Counted from the stretch's first letter, positions 37,690 through 51,100 are shown. The stretch: DNA of 64,000 nucleotides from Owenia fusiformis (GCA_903813345.2 CAIIXF020000001.1:14570001-14634000); one strand, 5' to 3'. Numbers and translations are program-made. Notes: a model not told the origin generated them from the sequence alone.

Positions 37690-40600
37690 ATACTAGTACC
37701 TATAATATTGATGGAAATGTAACTTGACTTCATTTCCAATGCCACAAATTTTCCCAATTTTTTTTCTTCTATTTGATGAATTTTTGAAAATCGTCATTCC
37801 CATGTAAACCAAGGGAAACCAATGGGTTTCATATTTAATAAGTAGATTAGATTCAGCCGCAGACCATCTGTAATTGTGTCTTTGAAGTTTAAAAATCTCG
37901 ATAATCCGGTGGCGATTATCAGTGGATCAGTTTTTTTAGAAAATAAAAAGTGATTATTATGAAGCAATGCATATTGGTACACTACGTGACTTTTTAAATA
38001 TTTTTTATTATGAACTTTTTCCCTTTTCTCTAACTGTGACAATAAAATACTCATTCGAAATAATAAACCTAGACCTATTTGATATAATCCTTCTTATGCC
38101 TTTGCTTTCCTCCAGAAAGATGACTGCATCTGGCTTTTTTAATGGACGGAACTTTCCACTGCACGTAATGTGGGTACCTTTTTAGCTTACACTTGTTAGT
38201 CCGGGCTGTTAAGTGGTCTCGTGGGAAATTTTTGTTACAGCTTGGCAACATAGTGTACTTTATAGAGTTTGAGGTGCTGAATAAGAATTTTGATGTTGCC
38301 AAATCTGTAACATGAATTTTGTTGCTAGGGGCAACCATTTCCATAGCAACCACAAATTTTACCTTGCAACGGGCCTAAAAATACAAAAGTTGTTGTAGAT
38401 TTTTTTAGTTATAATCATTTTTGATAATATTTATTGTGAAGTAAAGGGAAGTAATAGGGGAATTTGTCATTTAACACAATTTGGTGAACAATTGATTTTT
38501 GAGCTATTGTGATGTCATAATAGCCCAAATTTTGTTATTTTTCCTAATTTACATATAATTCCACATTACAATCATTTTTATTACCTCTTCAAAATACCGA
38601 AAGTAGGTAAATGTCTGGGACATTTGTTAATTTTGATGTGCTCTTTCCAGCTATGGCACTGACTTTACATGAAAATAAAACCATTCTGTTCCAGGGGTGA
38701 TTGAAACTAGGGGGCCACTACAATAGTGCAATTTCATAGATCTAAATAACATAACATTCACAATTTTTTGAATTACTAATTTATGATATATTTTTATTTG
38801 AAATGTTTCCTCATCTTATGCAAGTTTTGTTTCAAATTGGCAGTTGTGCATTTTATTTAGTTGGAGTTGTTGATGTTGCAGTCTGTAAATTAAGTGTCGT
38901 TGCTAGGGGCAACAGTGTCCATAGAAATCGTACTTTTAGCTTAGAAACAGACATAAAATACATGAGGAAGCAGTACATTGTAGAGTTTTTATCATTTTCC
39001 TGCTCATTACTAGAAATTAAAGAAAAATAAGGAAACTTGGAATTACGTTTAAACAATCGATTTGTTCGCCATTGTGATGTCATGACTCATGATAGCTCGA
39101 ATTGGGCTCTTTTTCAAACTCAAATAAATTCACATTTTAGTTTTCCTTTTCATCCCATGAAAATAATTGTATTTCAACAAAGTAAATGCTTGTTACTGTG
39201 CTAATTTTACTATATTTGTTTCAATGATGTCTTTGGTTAAGAAATTCAGATATGGACACATCAGTAATTGGAAAACTGTTTCTGGTTACAATGGTTTCCA
39301 TAGCAACCAGACCTGTAAGCACAGAAAGAGGCATAAAAATAGAAATTCATTCTGACATTGGTAAAACTTTTTTCAGTTTTAATTGTAATTTTTAAAGTTT
39401 AATGGAAAGTTAGAACATTTTATTGACTACTGATTTTTTGCTATTGTGACATCATATTATTAGCCTTTTGTATTTCTCATACTGGTATTGTAAAGTAATC
39501 TCATATTTCAATTGTTTTAATTCTTTACCAAATTACTCAAATACACTATACATATGTGTACACCTCATAGTCTTATTACTTTTCATCTCCTCTTCACAGC
39601 AGTAGTGTTGGTTTAGTCCATCATTGGGTTATAATATGCAAGGCTTTAATAAATTTGTATATGTAAATTCAGTCATTGGATTCTTCATTTATGTCACCCA
39701 ATATTTCTGTATTTTCACAGTCCCCACAGCATCCACATAGTTCAGTACAAACTAGTCCGGATCCAACTTTTCTGCACTGGCATCTATTGTCTTTGCACTT
39801 GCCAGGTGAACATCCACATTTGATGAGTTCAAGCACTGCATCTGGTGCTGGCTTTAGGTTTGTCACTACTGGTGCATAACTGTAAACAATATATGGAATA
39901 TACAGGTTTATTATTGCTATTTAATTCCATTAGTAAACAAAATTATGCAAACAATTGATTGCCAAAGTTTTATAAAAAAAACATTAGCAGCAATTTCGTC
40001 ATAATATATCTGCTCTTCTCAGATTGTTACATTGATGGATAACCTACCAGTCATTCTCAAGCTTCCAACCTTGTTTTTCCGGATCAAGATCTAGAGGTTG
40101 GTTCATAGTACTATTTGCCCATGTGTTGGCTTGAAGTTGTGCTCGTAGGAGGTGTTGATACAGAGCTTCATATGTAGGGGGAAGTTTCTCAGACTCCGCT
40201 TGGTTTTTCTGAAGAAATGATTGGCACTGTAATTAGATCTAGTATGTAGTTTACACTTATCTATCTAGTCTACAAATAATATTAACAAGGTAGTTCACCT
40301 TGAGAGAAAAAGAGAAAAAGAACTTACCAAGAACATTTCCCAGCGTAGCTTGCCAATGTCACTGCTTTGCTTCTTTGTATAGGCCGAACACACAAAACGC
40401 GTCAGTGTTGATATTTTGGCTTTCGTTAGACATCTTGGTGAACCTGAAAAGCATGTACAATATACTTATGAAAATAGGTTCATGTATGTTTATGTATAAA
40501 ATAATAGTTCATGGTTAATGATAATTGGCGAATAAGTCGAAAATAGTATTGCAAGATCAAATATATTACTTTCATGATAGTCTCGGCACTTACTGAGGTC

Positions 40601-41300
40601 AATGAGGGCATCAAGTATGTCATTGTCAGCATCAAGGAAGAGCTTGAGCCATGTTGCCTTAGTAGTCCCATGAAACCTGCTCGTCGAATCACATCCAGTC
40701 AGGGCATGAAAACCAGGCAATGCTAAGCAACGCTGCTGTCCCAGAGCACTGGCAATATCTGCTACTCTTACAGATTCTCTCCCCATATATAATAGGGGAT
40801 ACTGTCCCATGTCCTGGTTAAATCTAATACTTAGAACTAGAACATCTGTATCAATTGAATATATGGCTATCCTTGCATTCGGTATCCTTTGGTGCACCTC
40901 AGAACAATGGAGAATTAGTATTGTGTCAGCTTCTTCATGTGTATTCTTGATCTTGCTCATATCATTCATTCGATGACACCACATCACAGGATGAGGACAC
41001 TATTACATGTTTTTTCTGGCACTCATGTGGGGAGGAATAATGAGCTGCTAGGTAAGAATGCAAGTACTCTGTGAGATTTCTTTTGTTGGTAGAATTTGAC
41101 AGGGAATTCTGTGGATTCATTATCTTGGTTTTCTCTGTGCATATGTATTTGGTAACTTGCTGCTGTTTTGATGTCTTATGACGCTTGTCTCGTTCATTGT
41201 TTTTCACAGACCTCTCACGATACCGGTCAAATATAATGTGTATTTCACTGACATTATTTGGTGCAATGCTCTCAATTCTGTGAACCAGTGCTCTCCCTGC
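37690..41300 (-). mobile_element. 5'-truncated Academ-like DNA transposon (transposase remnant plus probable 3' non-coding arm)
   Basis: Contains the transposase remnant at 39669-41300, followed by about 2 kb with recurring GTTGCTAGGGGCAAC/CCATAGCAACC and TTGTGATGTCAT motifs. The distal boundary is approximate. Confidence 0.55.
39669..41300 (-). pseudogene. Academ-type transposase C-terminal part (XPG/PIN-like nuclease region plus Cys-rich CXC domain), spliced, frameshifted
   Basis: Segments about 41300-40594, 40443-40327, 40208-40048 and 39879-39669 with GT-AG introns. Motifs IHIIFDRY..SVKNNER, THEEADTILILH, SIDTDVLVL, ALPGFHALTGCDSTSRF, FVCSAY..LRW, LPPTYEALYQHLLRA, GW, APDAVLELIKCGC..C....CQCRK....CTELCGC..DCEN. 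Frameshift near 40965-40985; the 5' end is cut at 41300. Confidence 0.8.
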
Positions 41301-41608
41301 CTTTTAAGGCCTTATTTTTTATATCAGGCCAAATTTTGAAGAAATGGGCCTCAAAATTTCAAAATTTGGGCCCACTTTTGGGTTTTGGGGGCCCAAAATT
41401 TCTCTGACCTGAAATTCAGAGCAATATATTAGACACATTTTCTGAAAAAATCAAAAGATTCTGTTCATTGACCTTTCCTGAGCACCTACTTTTAGCTATT
41501 TTTCAGTCACATTTTCAGAGGGCTGAAAAGGTTATTTCATCATGTTTATGGTCATTTTGACCATTTTCATTGTGTTCCCGGTCATGTAAATGATATGGAA
41601 CGAGTTAA

Positions 41609-42022
41609 GGTCAGGGTGCATGATGGGAAATTTTCTGCATTCCTCAATTGAGTCACATGTTATTTTTCAAACAAGAATCACTCCTTCCCTTCATTGTCTA
41701 TATCTTCAAGTTTTGCACAAAGAGTGCACTTATGTGCCTAGAAAAGACTTGTGAGAAGATTGTTTTGATAAAGTGTATAAAAAACAAGAAAATTCAGTGA
41801 AAAAAATCAGAAAATTTTCAGAAATATTTTTCACTGAATTTTCTCATTTTTTATACATTTTACAAAACAAACCTTCTCACAAGGCTTTTCTAGGCACAGA
41901 AGTGCATTCTTTGTGCAAACTTGGAAGATGTAGACAATGTGGGGAAGGAGTTATTCATGTTTGAAAAATAACATGTGACTCAATTGAGGAATGCAGAAAA
42001 TTTCCCAACATGCACCCTGTCC
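41609..42022. mobile_element. Palindromic Kolobok-like MITE, TTAA TSD
   Basis: TTAA|GGTCAGGGTGCATG ... CATGCACCCTGTCC|TTAA. Arms of about 200 bp are reverse complementary. Confidence 0.85.
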
Positions 42023-42687
42023 TTAAACTGACTGGAGGTCCAGAACTCTTTTATCTTGGTTCAAAAAAAAAATCCAGCCGGTTTTGCCATTTTTTGTTTT
42101 GTCATTTCCTGTTAACTTCCATAGCACCTTAAACCCAATATGTTCTAGAGCCGCCAGTGGCGAGCCAGTGAGAAGATATGTCATAGAAATAATACCAATT
42201 TCCTTATAAATAGTTACCATATACTTTTAATGTTACATAAGGTATATAGAGGGCAGTATTTGCAAATTAAAAAATGAAAATCAAATACGGATTGCTCCAA
42301 AATCGCACTGAACGAATATTACGGAGATAGGCAAAATTCGAGGACCAGCGAAATTTGAACCGGCGAAACTAAATTCAGTAATTGTAAGTATTTGCAATGT
42401 TTGTACAGTTTATAATTTATTGGTGTTATCAGCTATGAATAAATCAATCTTTTGATACTATATAATGATCTCACGCACCGTTATGACTGAGTCGTAGGCA
42501 TTTTATGTTAGCACTTGCATCGCCAACTTTATGGTCGATGTTCATTTTTGCTGAGTTCCAGTTTTCTATTATCTAGCTAAGCTTCTAGTTTTAATGAGCA
42601 TAAGAGTAGCTGGGCATAGAGCAGATGAGTGAATAGCCTCACAAAAAGATTGCAGTAAAATGATTGAAACCAAGCCAAGTATTGTGT

Positions 42688-43293
42688 CCGGGGGGGGGGG
42701 GGGTGGTTAGGAGTTACTGTATATGAATTTTGGCTGGGGTCCTAGGCTAAACTCTCAAATATCAATAAGTTCCCATACCAAACTGTGAAATTCCAATGTG
42801 TTCCCGTACCAACCAAAATAACGTCCAAAAGCCATACCCTGGGAGCCATATGGCTAAATATAGGGCCAAAGCCATTCCAAATGTCCAGATACATGTATAA
42901 GACCAATGCCATACCAAATGTCTAAATATAGGACCAATGCCATACCAGATGTCCAAAGTAGAAAAAGCTAACATTCAAATTGAAGAAGTCCCTGAGAAGA
43001 AGTCTGATCCATGAGGAAAACGATCCAAAACAACCTCAAATTAGGATATATGTAACTACTAGACATTATACCATACCAGAAGTATGAGGTAGCATATTTT
43101 CCACGACCATTCTCATACCAGAAAGTAGAAAAATCTGACCATTGCCAATTGCCATACCTCATAAGTCATAAGGTGAGGGCATTCTCATACCAGATCCTAA
43201 AATATGGCTCCATTGCCATACCAAATGTCAAAAAAGGTACCCCATGTGCACCGAGGATCCCCATCAAGGTTTACATACAGTGAACCTCCCGGG
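42688..43293. mobile_element. TIR element with CCGGGG...CCCGGG ends and internal CCATACCA repeats
   Basis: GTTACTGTATATGAA near the left end pairs with TTACATACAGTGAAC near the right end. More than ten CCATACC(A) motifs lie between 42772 and 43225. Confidence 0.55.
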
Positions 43294-43983
43294 CCTCCGA
43301 GCTTATATGGACGCCTTGCCTGGCTTAGTTATCAACTCTCTGTGTTGTAGATCATTGGCATTTCAGATTCAGAGAGTACAAAACTGCACCTGACAGGTTT
43401 GGTAAAGGGTGCCCCACCCAACGCCCCAGCACTGATGAGTTAGACTATCAGAGTTTTACATCCATGGGTTTTCAAGAAAAAGTCTATGATCAGACTTACA
43501 TCATATATTGTTGTATCAAGAATTCAAGATCCATATCATATTTATGAATAAAGACAGCCATGCTTGTGTGAAACTCCTGGGTTGTATCATTTCTGGCCTG
43601 AGTAGTATTGCCTACACCTTAAAATTCTGCCTTTGCCTATTCTAAAATCCCAGCAGAGTTTTAACTTGCTGAACTAGGACTAGGTATTTCTTGGTTTCCT
43701 TGAGCTCTAAAAAGCTTGCATTTAAAATGTAGTTTACATTTTTGTCATTATAAATAGTCTTGCATCAAGTCTCTTGACCCCCTCAGCCCCATCTCAGGGC
43801 TATTAAGCCAGCTTTTACCAGGGGGAGGTACAGTTTTCAAAGATTCCAGGAGGGGGGTTCTTTGGCAATGTTGGCCCAAAATTACTTGAAGTTCTCATAA
43901 AAACTGCATAATTTTGAAAGAACCTTTGGTCTGACCCCCAGAACACCCCCCCCCCACTGGCTATGGCCTGTATCTACTACTTC

Positions 43984-44181
43984 CAGGGGCGGATCCAGGA
44001 ACAAACAAGGGGGGCCCAAATTTCAGGTCAGAGGAACAAACTTTTGGGCCCCAAAAATCGAAAAGTAGGCCTTAGAAGGCCCATTAATGACCAAAAGGCC
44101 CACTTTTTCGGGCTTTAAGGCCTTTTTTGGCCCAATTTTTTTTCTGGGCCCAACTTAGGGGGGGGGGGGGCATGGCCACTG
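43984..44181. mobile_element. hAT5-like MITE, 5-bp TSD ACTTC (inverted relative to the 36085 copy)
   Basis: CAGGGGCGGATCC...GCCACTG. ACTTC at 43979-43983 and 44182-44186. An adjacent similar element lies at 43795-43970 (flanks CATCT/TATCT). Confidence 0.8.
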
Positions 44182-44866
44182 ACTTCTATTGTGGATAGGT
44201 TATTTCTCCTTCATGTCTCTTTCTCTTTGCAATCATTTAGATTATGCATTGACACTACATTTTTAAGCCTTAAAAATCTTTTGGATCTGGATAACAAGTC
44301 AAGAGTTTGAAGTCCCTGATGTTAAATCTAATTCTATGAGTACAATATCCAAACCTTATTTAGTCAACATGAGGTCATTGATGTTCTTTGGATGATGTGA
44401 GATATGTGGGGACTAAGTCATCCCCCTCTTATATTCTCTATATAAGTTTCAATATAGAAAATATAAGTGGGAGGGGTTGAATTACCCAATTACCCCCATG
44501 GTGAGATATAGCAGGGAAAGTCTAAGACATTTGTTTTAGAGAGAAGGATGTTATGAATGCCATGGTTGTTTATCTTGAAAACTATGCTGGACAACAATCC
44601 GGGATATTGGCCATGTGAAAATGAATAGCTTTACCATAAACAAGCCATAATTTAACATAAACATATACAAAAGCCCTCCTTGCTCTGAATTTGGATCCTT
44701 CTTTAGTGAGAAAGACTAAACAAGATAAACAGAGCCCAAAAAATTGACTATGATTTATCATAAGTATTCAAGAACAAAATAAAAGAATAAAATGGGAGAG
44801 AAATCATGTACATTTAATAATTTATTAAGTAATTATCCTCATACTCAATATGACTGAAAAACAATA

Positions 44867-46160
44867 CACGGTGTATAACCCAAACGCTCCTACATGCACG
44901 ACGGAGCGTTTCATTACTGAAATTTAACAAAGAAACGCTCCGGAGTAGGAAAACTGTCTGGCGGGAATGATGAGCCGTCTGACAATTTCCCCAATAATGG
45001 GAATAAGATGTATGAGTTACATATTTCAAGTATACCATTCGATGGGTGTGATATTCATGTTGTACGTGGCTGGCTGTTGACGTTTGAAGCAATTAGGAAG
45101 AGCTGTACGAAGCAGTATAGTTATCAAAATTCAAAAACGTATTTGTCATTCTACCGGTCAAAACCCCTTTTGTCGATACATGTGATTAGTTGAGCCAAGA
45201 TTAGAGCACCAACGTATATTTTAGTCAAATTCCAATGCTTCAACGCACCATACATTATCGTAATAGTGATTTGATGACCGAAAATCCAGTCTTAAAAATG
45301 ATGACATTCTCATATTCAAGAAACGCTCCGATCTGGTTAACACAGTGAATTGGAAACGCTCCGGTAGTCTAGATCAGTTAAGGAAATATATAGCTTGCCT
45401 TTCCTTTTCAGGAAGAGAAAGAAAAGATCTATTATACCCCTTGGCATCAATAGAAGAAAGATTAATTCACATATAACTTTTCGTTTTTTTCTATAGTTTT
45501 ATGATTTAGCACATATGTAGGCATGACATCATCTAATGTATAGGCTTTAATCAGCTAGTTGCACGTTTAGCACCACCAGGTTCAGATGTTTCAATTTGCC
45601 TAACAAGTACAACACGTTTTTGAGAGATAGATTCGATTCGGAACTCTTCTCTAATAATCTGAAAATGATATCAAAACAAAATGGTAAGAGCGTTTCTAAA
45701 ATTGTGTTCTAAATCGACGGAGCGTTTCGAGGAAAACAAGCGATTTCTCGAGAACAAGTAATGGATTTGGACTGGGATTTTAGGAAATGAGAATATACAA
45801 GTTTGTGATCTACTACTTAAACAGAAAGATTAACGTTTTCATAAAAATACTAGTTTAATTCGTAATTTGTGGTCAAATCGTCATCTTCAGATTCGTTCGA
45901 TCTACACTACGGAGCTTTGATCAAGCAAATAACAGTTTACCACCAGAAGTTGAATAAATAATATCTTAGCTCACGGTATTGTTCATCGAATGGTACATAA
46001 TATTTCACCATGACATATGATATGTAAGAGAAACGAGAGAAATAATACTTACGGTCATAGTAGAATCTTCATTAGCCGCCATTTTATTTCGCTCCGGAGC
46101 GTTTCCGCGTAAATGTAACGCTCCGTCGTGCATGTAGGAGCGTTTGGGTTATACACCGTG
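44867..46160. mobile_element. Non-autonomous element, 1294 bp, perfect TIRs of about 44 bp starting CACGGTG, 5-bp TSD CAATA (Transib/RAG-transposon-like signature)
   Basis: CACGGTGTATAACCCAAACGCTCCTACATGCACGACGGAGCGTT at both ends in inverted orientation. CAATA at 44862-44866 and 46161-46165. Internal AAACGCTCCG/CGGAGCGTTT motifs recur. Confidence 0.92.
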
Positions 46161-46907
46161 CAATAGTGCTGGTATACACATTGTTTGTTAATATTGGGAA
46201 GGGATTTGCTATTTTAGAGGAGTTGTTTTCTCATTACTTCTTCTTTTTGGGTAAATGTTCAAATTCCCAACATTGAAATGTAAAAAAAGTTTCTTACCCT
46301 TTGGTAAACCTTTTTCTATTTCTGTAAACAAGTAATTAATCACACGCATATTGTTTTTCCAATGATTTTTTCTATGTAATTACCTATACTGAAAAAGAGA
46401 GTGTCATTTTATGGAATTTTAACACCAACCACATGACTCCATTCAGCAGTACATGTTTGTTCAGGATAACAAGTTGACATGATTTAGCCCCAAGACAAAG
46501 ATTTATTTCTCCTGGCTTGTTGGTCTTGAAAATCATATTACTTTCAGCTGATGCTGTGAATTGTTTACCAAAGTAATTTTTCTGGCTATTCTGTTTATAC
46601 AAGGAAGTAGTGAAAGGATAAGGTGATAGCAAAGCTATATAACGATTTGTAATAATATATAATACTGCGTTTCAGGCCCTTCTCAATCAATTTAGTTGAT
46701 AACTGGTTCTTATTCCATACTTAGTAGTGTTATAGGTAAATAACATGCGGGAATATAATTGATATCAGAGGTGAGCGGGTGATATATATTAAATTGAGAT
46801 AAAATATTCATGTTTTGATCGTAATTATCATCTGTCACTAGATGAAGGTTCCATAGCATTCAATGCTCACTTAATCCTGATAATCTACTAAGTATAGAAT
46901 AAATCAG

Positions 46908-48108
46908 TTATTATCCCATCGAACGAAGTTCGAAGGGATATAGGGAACGCCTCCGTCCGTCCGTCCATCCGTACATACGTCCGTCCGTCCGTCCGTCCGT
47001 CCGGGCAATAACTCAAATACCGTTGGCCCGATTTTATTCATATTTTGTACACATATACTAGTGCCTTACGGTAATGCCGGATTGTCGGCAGCGGCAGTAG
47101 ATACTCTCAATTGCCGGTAATAAAATCCATTGCCGATAATCGCCATGCTGCTGCAACATGATTGGCATTGCGATCCATTGTCAAATTTACGAAACAATGT
47201 TCGTTTAAGAATATTTTATCAATCATGTATATTTCAATCTCCACATTTGAAGAGCTAATCTGTCAATCAACTGCAAATCATTCGTAAAAGGCGGGAGGAT
47301 AAGCAAAACCCCGCCCACTTCTGTCAATCATCTCCCATGCCGCGAGATTAACAAATAACGTGACGTGATATTTCGGTGAAGTAAAAACAAACACAAATAA
47401 TTTGATCAATTTTGATCGAATTCACTCTATATTATCATTCAAAGACTTCCTAACAATACACAATCACACACGAGATACACGATGATACAATATATCCACT
47501 GTAGTTGATGTGAGCGGGAAATCAAGCTGAGAAATCGGCTTCGTTAAGGATTTTTCCAAATATTTTAGTTTCACTTTCAGATTTTTCCCCGGGATTTTAG
47601 GAACATTATCAGTGTCAACGATTATCGGTAACGGTAAGGTAATGGAGGTGAAATTTACCGGCAGTGAGATCCATTACCGTTGCAAGCACTAACATATACC
47701 CTATGGGAGTAAAAGTTCTGCTCGAAAGCCGATTTTCAAAATGGCTGCTCATTTAAAAATGGAGGCCATTTTAGTGCCGATTTTACAGTAATTTAGGTGC
47801 AATATGTAAAACTGTAATAGCAATATGTTTTAAATGTAAAAAAAAATATTGTTCATATTTGGTATGTGAATACGTATAAGCATGGCACACTGTCTAATGA
47901 CACTTTTGGTAGAGGGCGGTCATTTTTCAAAATGGCCGCCATTTTAATGTATTTTACTATAACTCGAAAAGTAGTGGAGCGATTTTGTTCATATTTGGTA
48001 TGTGAATACTATAAGCATGGCACACTGTCTAATGACACTTTTGGTAGAAGGTGCCTCTTTTGAAAAATGTTCGATGGGATTCGCTACGCTTTGGCGTTGC
48101 CGTTGTTC
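46908..48108 (+). mobile_element. Helentron-associated non-autonomous element (HINE/DINE-like)
   Basis: Subterminal IR ATCCCATCGAAC (about 46914) pairs with GTTCGATGGGAT (48069). There is a 5' hairpin, a (TCCG)n microsatellite at 46953-47003, an internal direct repeat of about 140 bp (47849/47986) and a short 3' stem-loop. Interrupted by a hAT MITE. Confidence 0.8.
47059..47691. mobile_element. hAT MITE nested in the HINE, 8-bp TSD ACATATAC
   Basis: TAGTGCCTTACGGTAATG / CATTACCGTTGCAAGCACTA ends. ACATATAC at 47051-47058 and 47692-47699. Confidence 0.85.
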
Positions 48109-51100
48109 TGGTTAAATGCTCGATTTTTGATACAGGGTATATCCCTCGGTAAATACAATACATCAACCCTCGGGTAGATATTATTATTGTATTCCCCTCA
48201 GATAAACCCTGTATCAAAAACCTCCAATTAAATAACCTCTATATATTCCTCTACCTGTATGTTTGTGTACTTATCTTGATATAATATCATAGGATTGTAA
48301 ATATTTATGTCTCCAACAAAAGTGGTGACATATTGTTATGGGTCTCAAACTTTTTGTGATTTGTTCAAATGTTTGTGTTCAGTGATTGGTGTTCAATGTC
48401 TGTCACAAATGGCAGGTGGTGACATTTTGCATGTTTTTAATAAAATGCCTTGTTCCATATTTGTGTTCTGCAAATAAATGGAAATAAAAATGCTCAAGCA
48501 TTATTACCCATAGCTGATCATATTGATTTGAAATATTCTGATATCATAATTTATATTTATTTACATCTGGCCCATTTATCATTGTGTGACCATGCTTGAT
48601 TAAACACATATATGCTTAACCTTTAAAAGTTTAAATTAGATGTATAGTATTATATTAGGATATTTAGACCTGATTTTTTACTATTAATGCACCTTCTCAC
48701 AAAAAGATATACTATTTTATTTTGCTTATAGTTTATACGAAGTTTCAAATAAGCTTTTAAGGTATGGGTTTTGCTTAACAGATCAATTTTAAGTAAACAT
48801 ACATTCCTTGAGGTGGAAAGTTTTCACAAATATTCTTCGTGATTTTTTTGTATGACAATTGTATTTCAACAAAATAATATAAATTTATTACTTGAAGTCT
48901 ATAATTAAATTGATAATGAATGCATTTTAATATAAGTTTTCCTGCCAGCTCCATGACAATTCTGAATGGGATGTTAACATGTGAAAACATGAAAGAAATA
49001 TACAATTTTAATATCAGTATTCCTAGCCTGCGGTCCTATTCTCTATACTGCTCTTAAGAAATACAAAATAAGAATATTTAGAGTTTTTATTCAATAATTT
49101 ATGTTGATGTATACCCATGGTTGACATGATGAGAAATATAACATATAAACATCCACCACTCCAATTCAGCTTCGGAGATGTTTCGTGAGATTCTATTGAA
49201 AAGTGATCACCCATATTTAACCTATTCACAACTTGAGATTTCATCGCCTAAAATGAATATGATTCAAATTACAGAAATAGTAACGATGCATATCAAAATG
49301 TTGGAAATAGAACACAGTTTTTAACATGGAAACCTTTGCTCAGTTTATGTCATTGATAGTGGGGTGATAGGATAAAAAATATCAACAAGACATTCCAAAT
49401 CAAGACATCTCAAAGCAAGGTTAAATTAAGCTTATTCCAAAACAACATGACCCAAGCCAACTATTTCCATGACAAGACTTCCAAAGCATTGACATCTTAT
49501 GTCAACTCTTTCAAAGTGAAGATATCCCAAAACGAGTCATTTAAAAATCGACTATTTCCATTTGGTTTCAAGTTTGTTTTTGATAAGCTATGATAAATGC
49601 TATTTCTCTAATTAGTTAGTTGGTTTAAGAGTAAATGCATGTAGGATTGATTCTAGTTTTTTATAGACTGAGGGAGAAAGGGAATTATTTAATCACCAGA
49701 TTTAATATTTTGCACCTAAAAATGCATATTGCTCCACAACTTTTCTTTAGGAAAAAGATGTCTAGAATTGATAAAAAGGATTGTAAATTACAATGTTGAT
49801 CATCTATTGCTCCTTTATTCAAAATTCAAAACTGTAGCTAAATTACATGGTAGATGGAGATTGAAGAAGTCTGTATTCACATTAGGTTAGGCATTAGCAT
49901 AGTTCCATTCATAAAGTCATGTCTCAAGTTAGAATCAAATAAACATCAAATGTTTTCTAAAGACCAAATTGGAATTCAATATATCTCTTTGGAAGAAAGA
50001 CGTTTTAAACTATTTAACGGTGTGTCTAAATATCTTTTAAGTGTTATTATTCTTTACGTTTATCAAATAAACTAAATAAAGCTTTGCGATTTAGAAAATG
50101 TCAAAGTGGTCATATAATTTGAGGCAAAATCACCGAAACTCATATAGGTATAGGTATGTACAACTTAATTGAGTTTATTCCAAATAAAATAGAGATGAAA
50201 ATCTAGACATTTTTGGAAATGTGTATATTATAACTTTTAGATCATATCACTTTGAATGTTTTCAAATACTGTCAGTTTTGTATAAATAATAGTTATTCTA
50301 TAAAATTGTACATGGTTGTTTTGAGAAATCCTTGTTCAAATGGTGAATGAAGTTTAGTCAAGTGAGATATAACATATTCATGTTCAGATTTCAAGGATAG
50401 AAAATTCAGTTTCAAAATGAGGTCATTAACACCATTTTAAAGCTATTGCATCAAACTAAGATACAAGGGTGTTTAAAGGTGCAATAAAGACTTGAAATGC
50501 ATTGAGAGTTGCAATGAATTTAGAGAAAAGTGATCAAATATTTCAGGTCTTCAGATAATAGAATAAGGATTGTATTCGTGAAACATTATCTTTTCAAGAC
50601 ATTTTAAAATTTTTATACTCCATTCTTTGCTGCCCCTTTAACATGATTACGTATTTTCACTGTTATCTATCAGATGATAGTGAAACATGATTGAACCCTT
50701 AAAAATGCTCACCTTTGTTATCTTTCTGACTAAAACCTGTTAAAATCGAAATATAACTTGCAAAACCGGATTATATGTAGAGTGGTGAACATATCCAGAA
50801 AAGACCAGTCACATCTTTATCAGGAGAGCTGTCAACTCATCTGATAAGAAGTGTTCTAAAGAAGTCCCAGTGAAACTTGATGCTATGTTTTGGTCTCTCA
50901 CAAGATGTTGCATACTTTTAAATAAAATACAGTTTTAATTGTGCGATCTTATATGGTGAAATAAAAAAACTTAAAATGTGTAACATAGGTGGCACATATC
51001 AGTGGGTTTGTCTCATCATATAATTTTGAAATTATCGTGTTTTTTAAATAAAGTGGCGAAATTAACTAGATAAGAAACTAGTTACGCATTTGTTTAAAGG

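Noticed and set aside
44867-44910. True 12/23 recombination signal sequences
   Set aside because: Heptamer-like start only; there is no nonamer at either spacing and both ends are identical.
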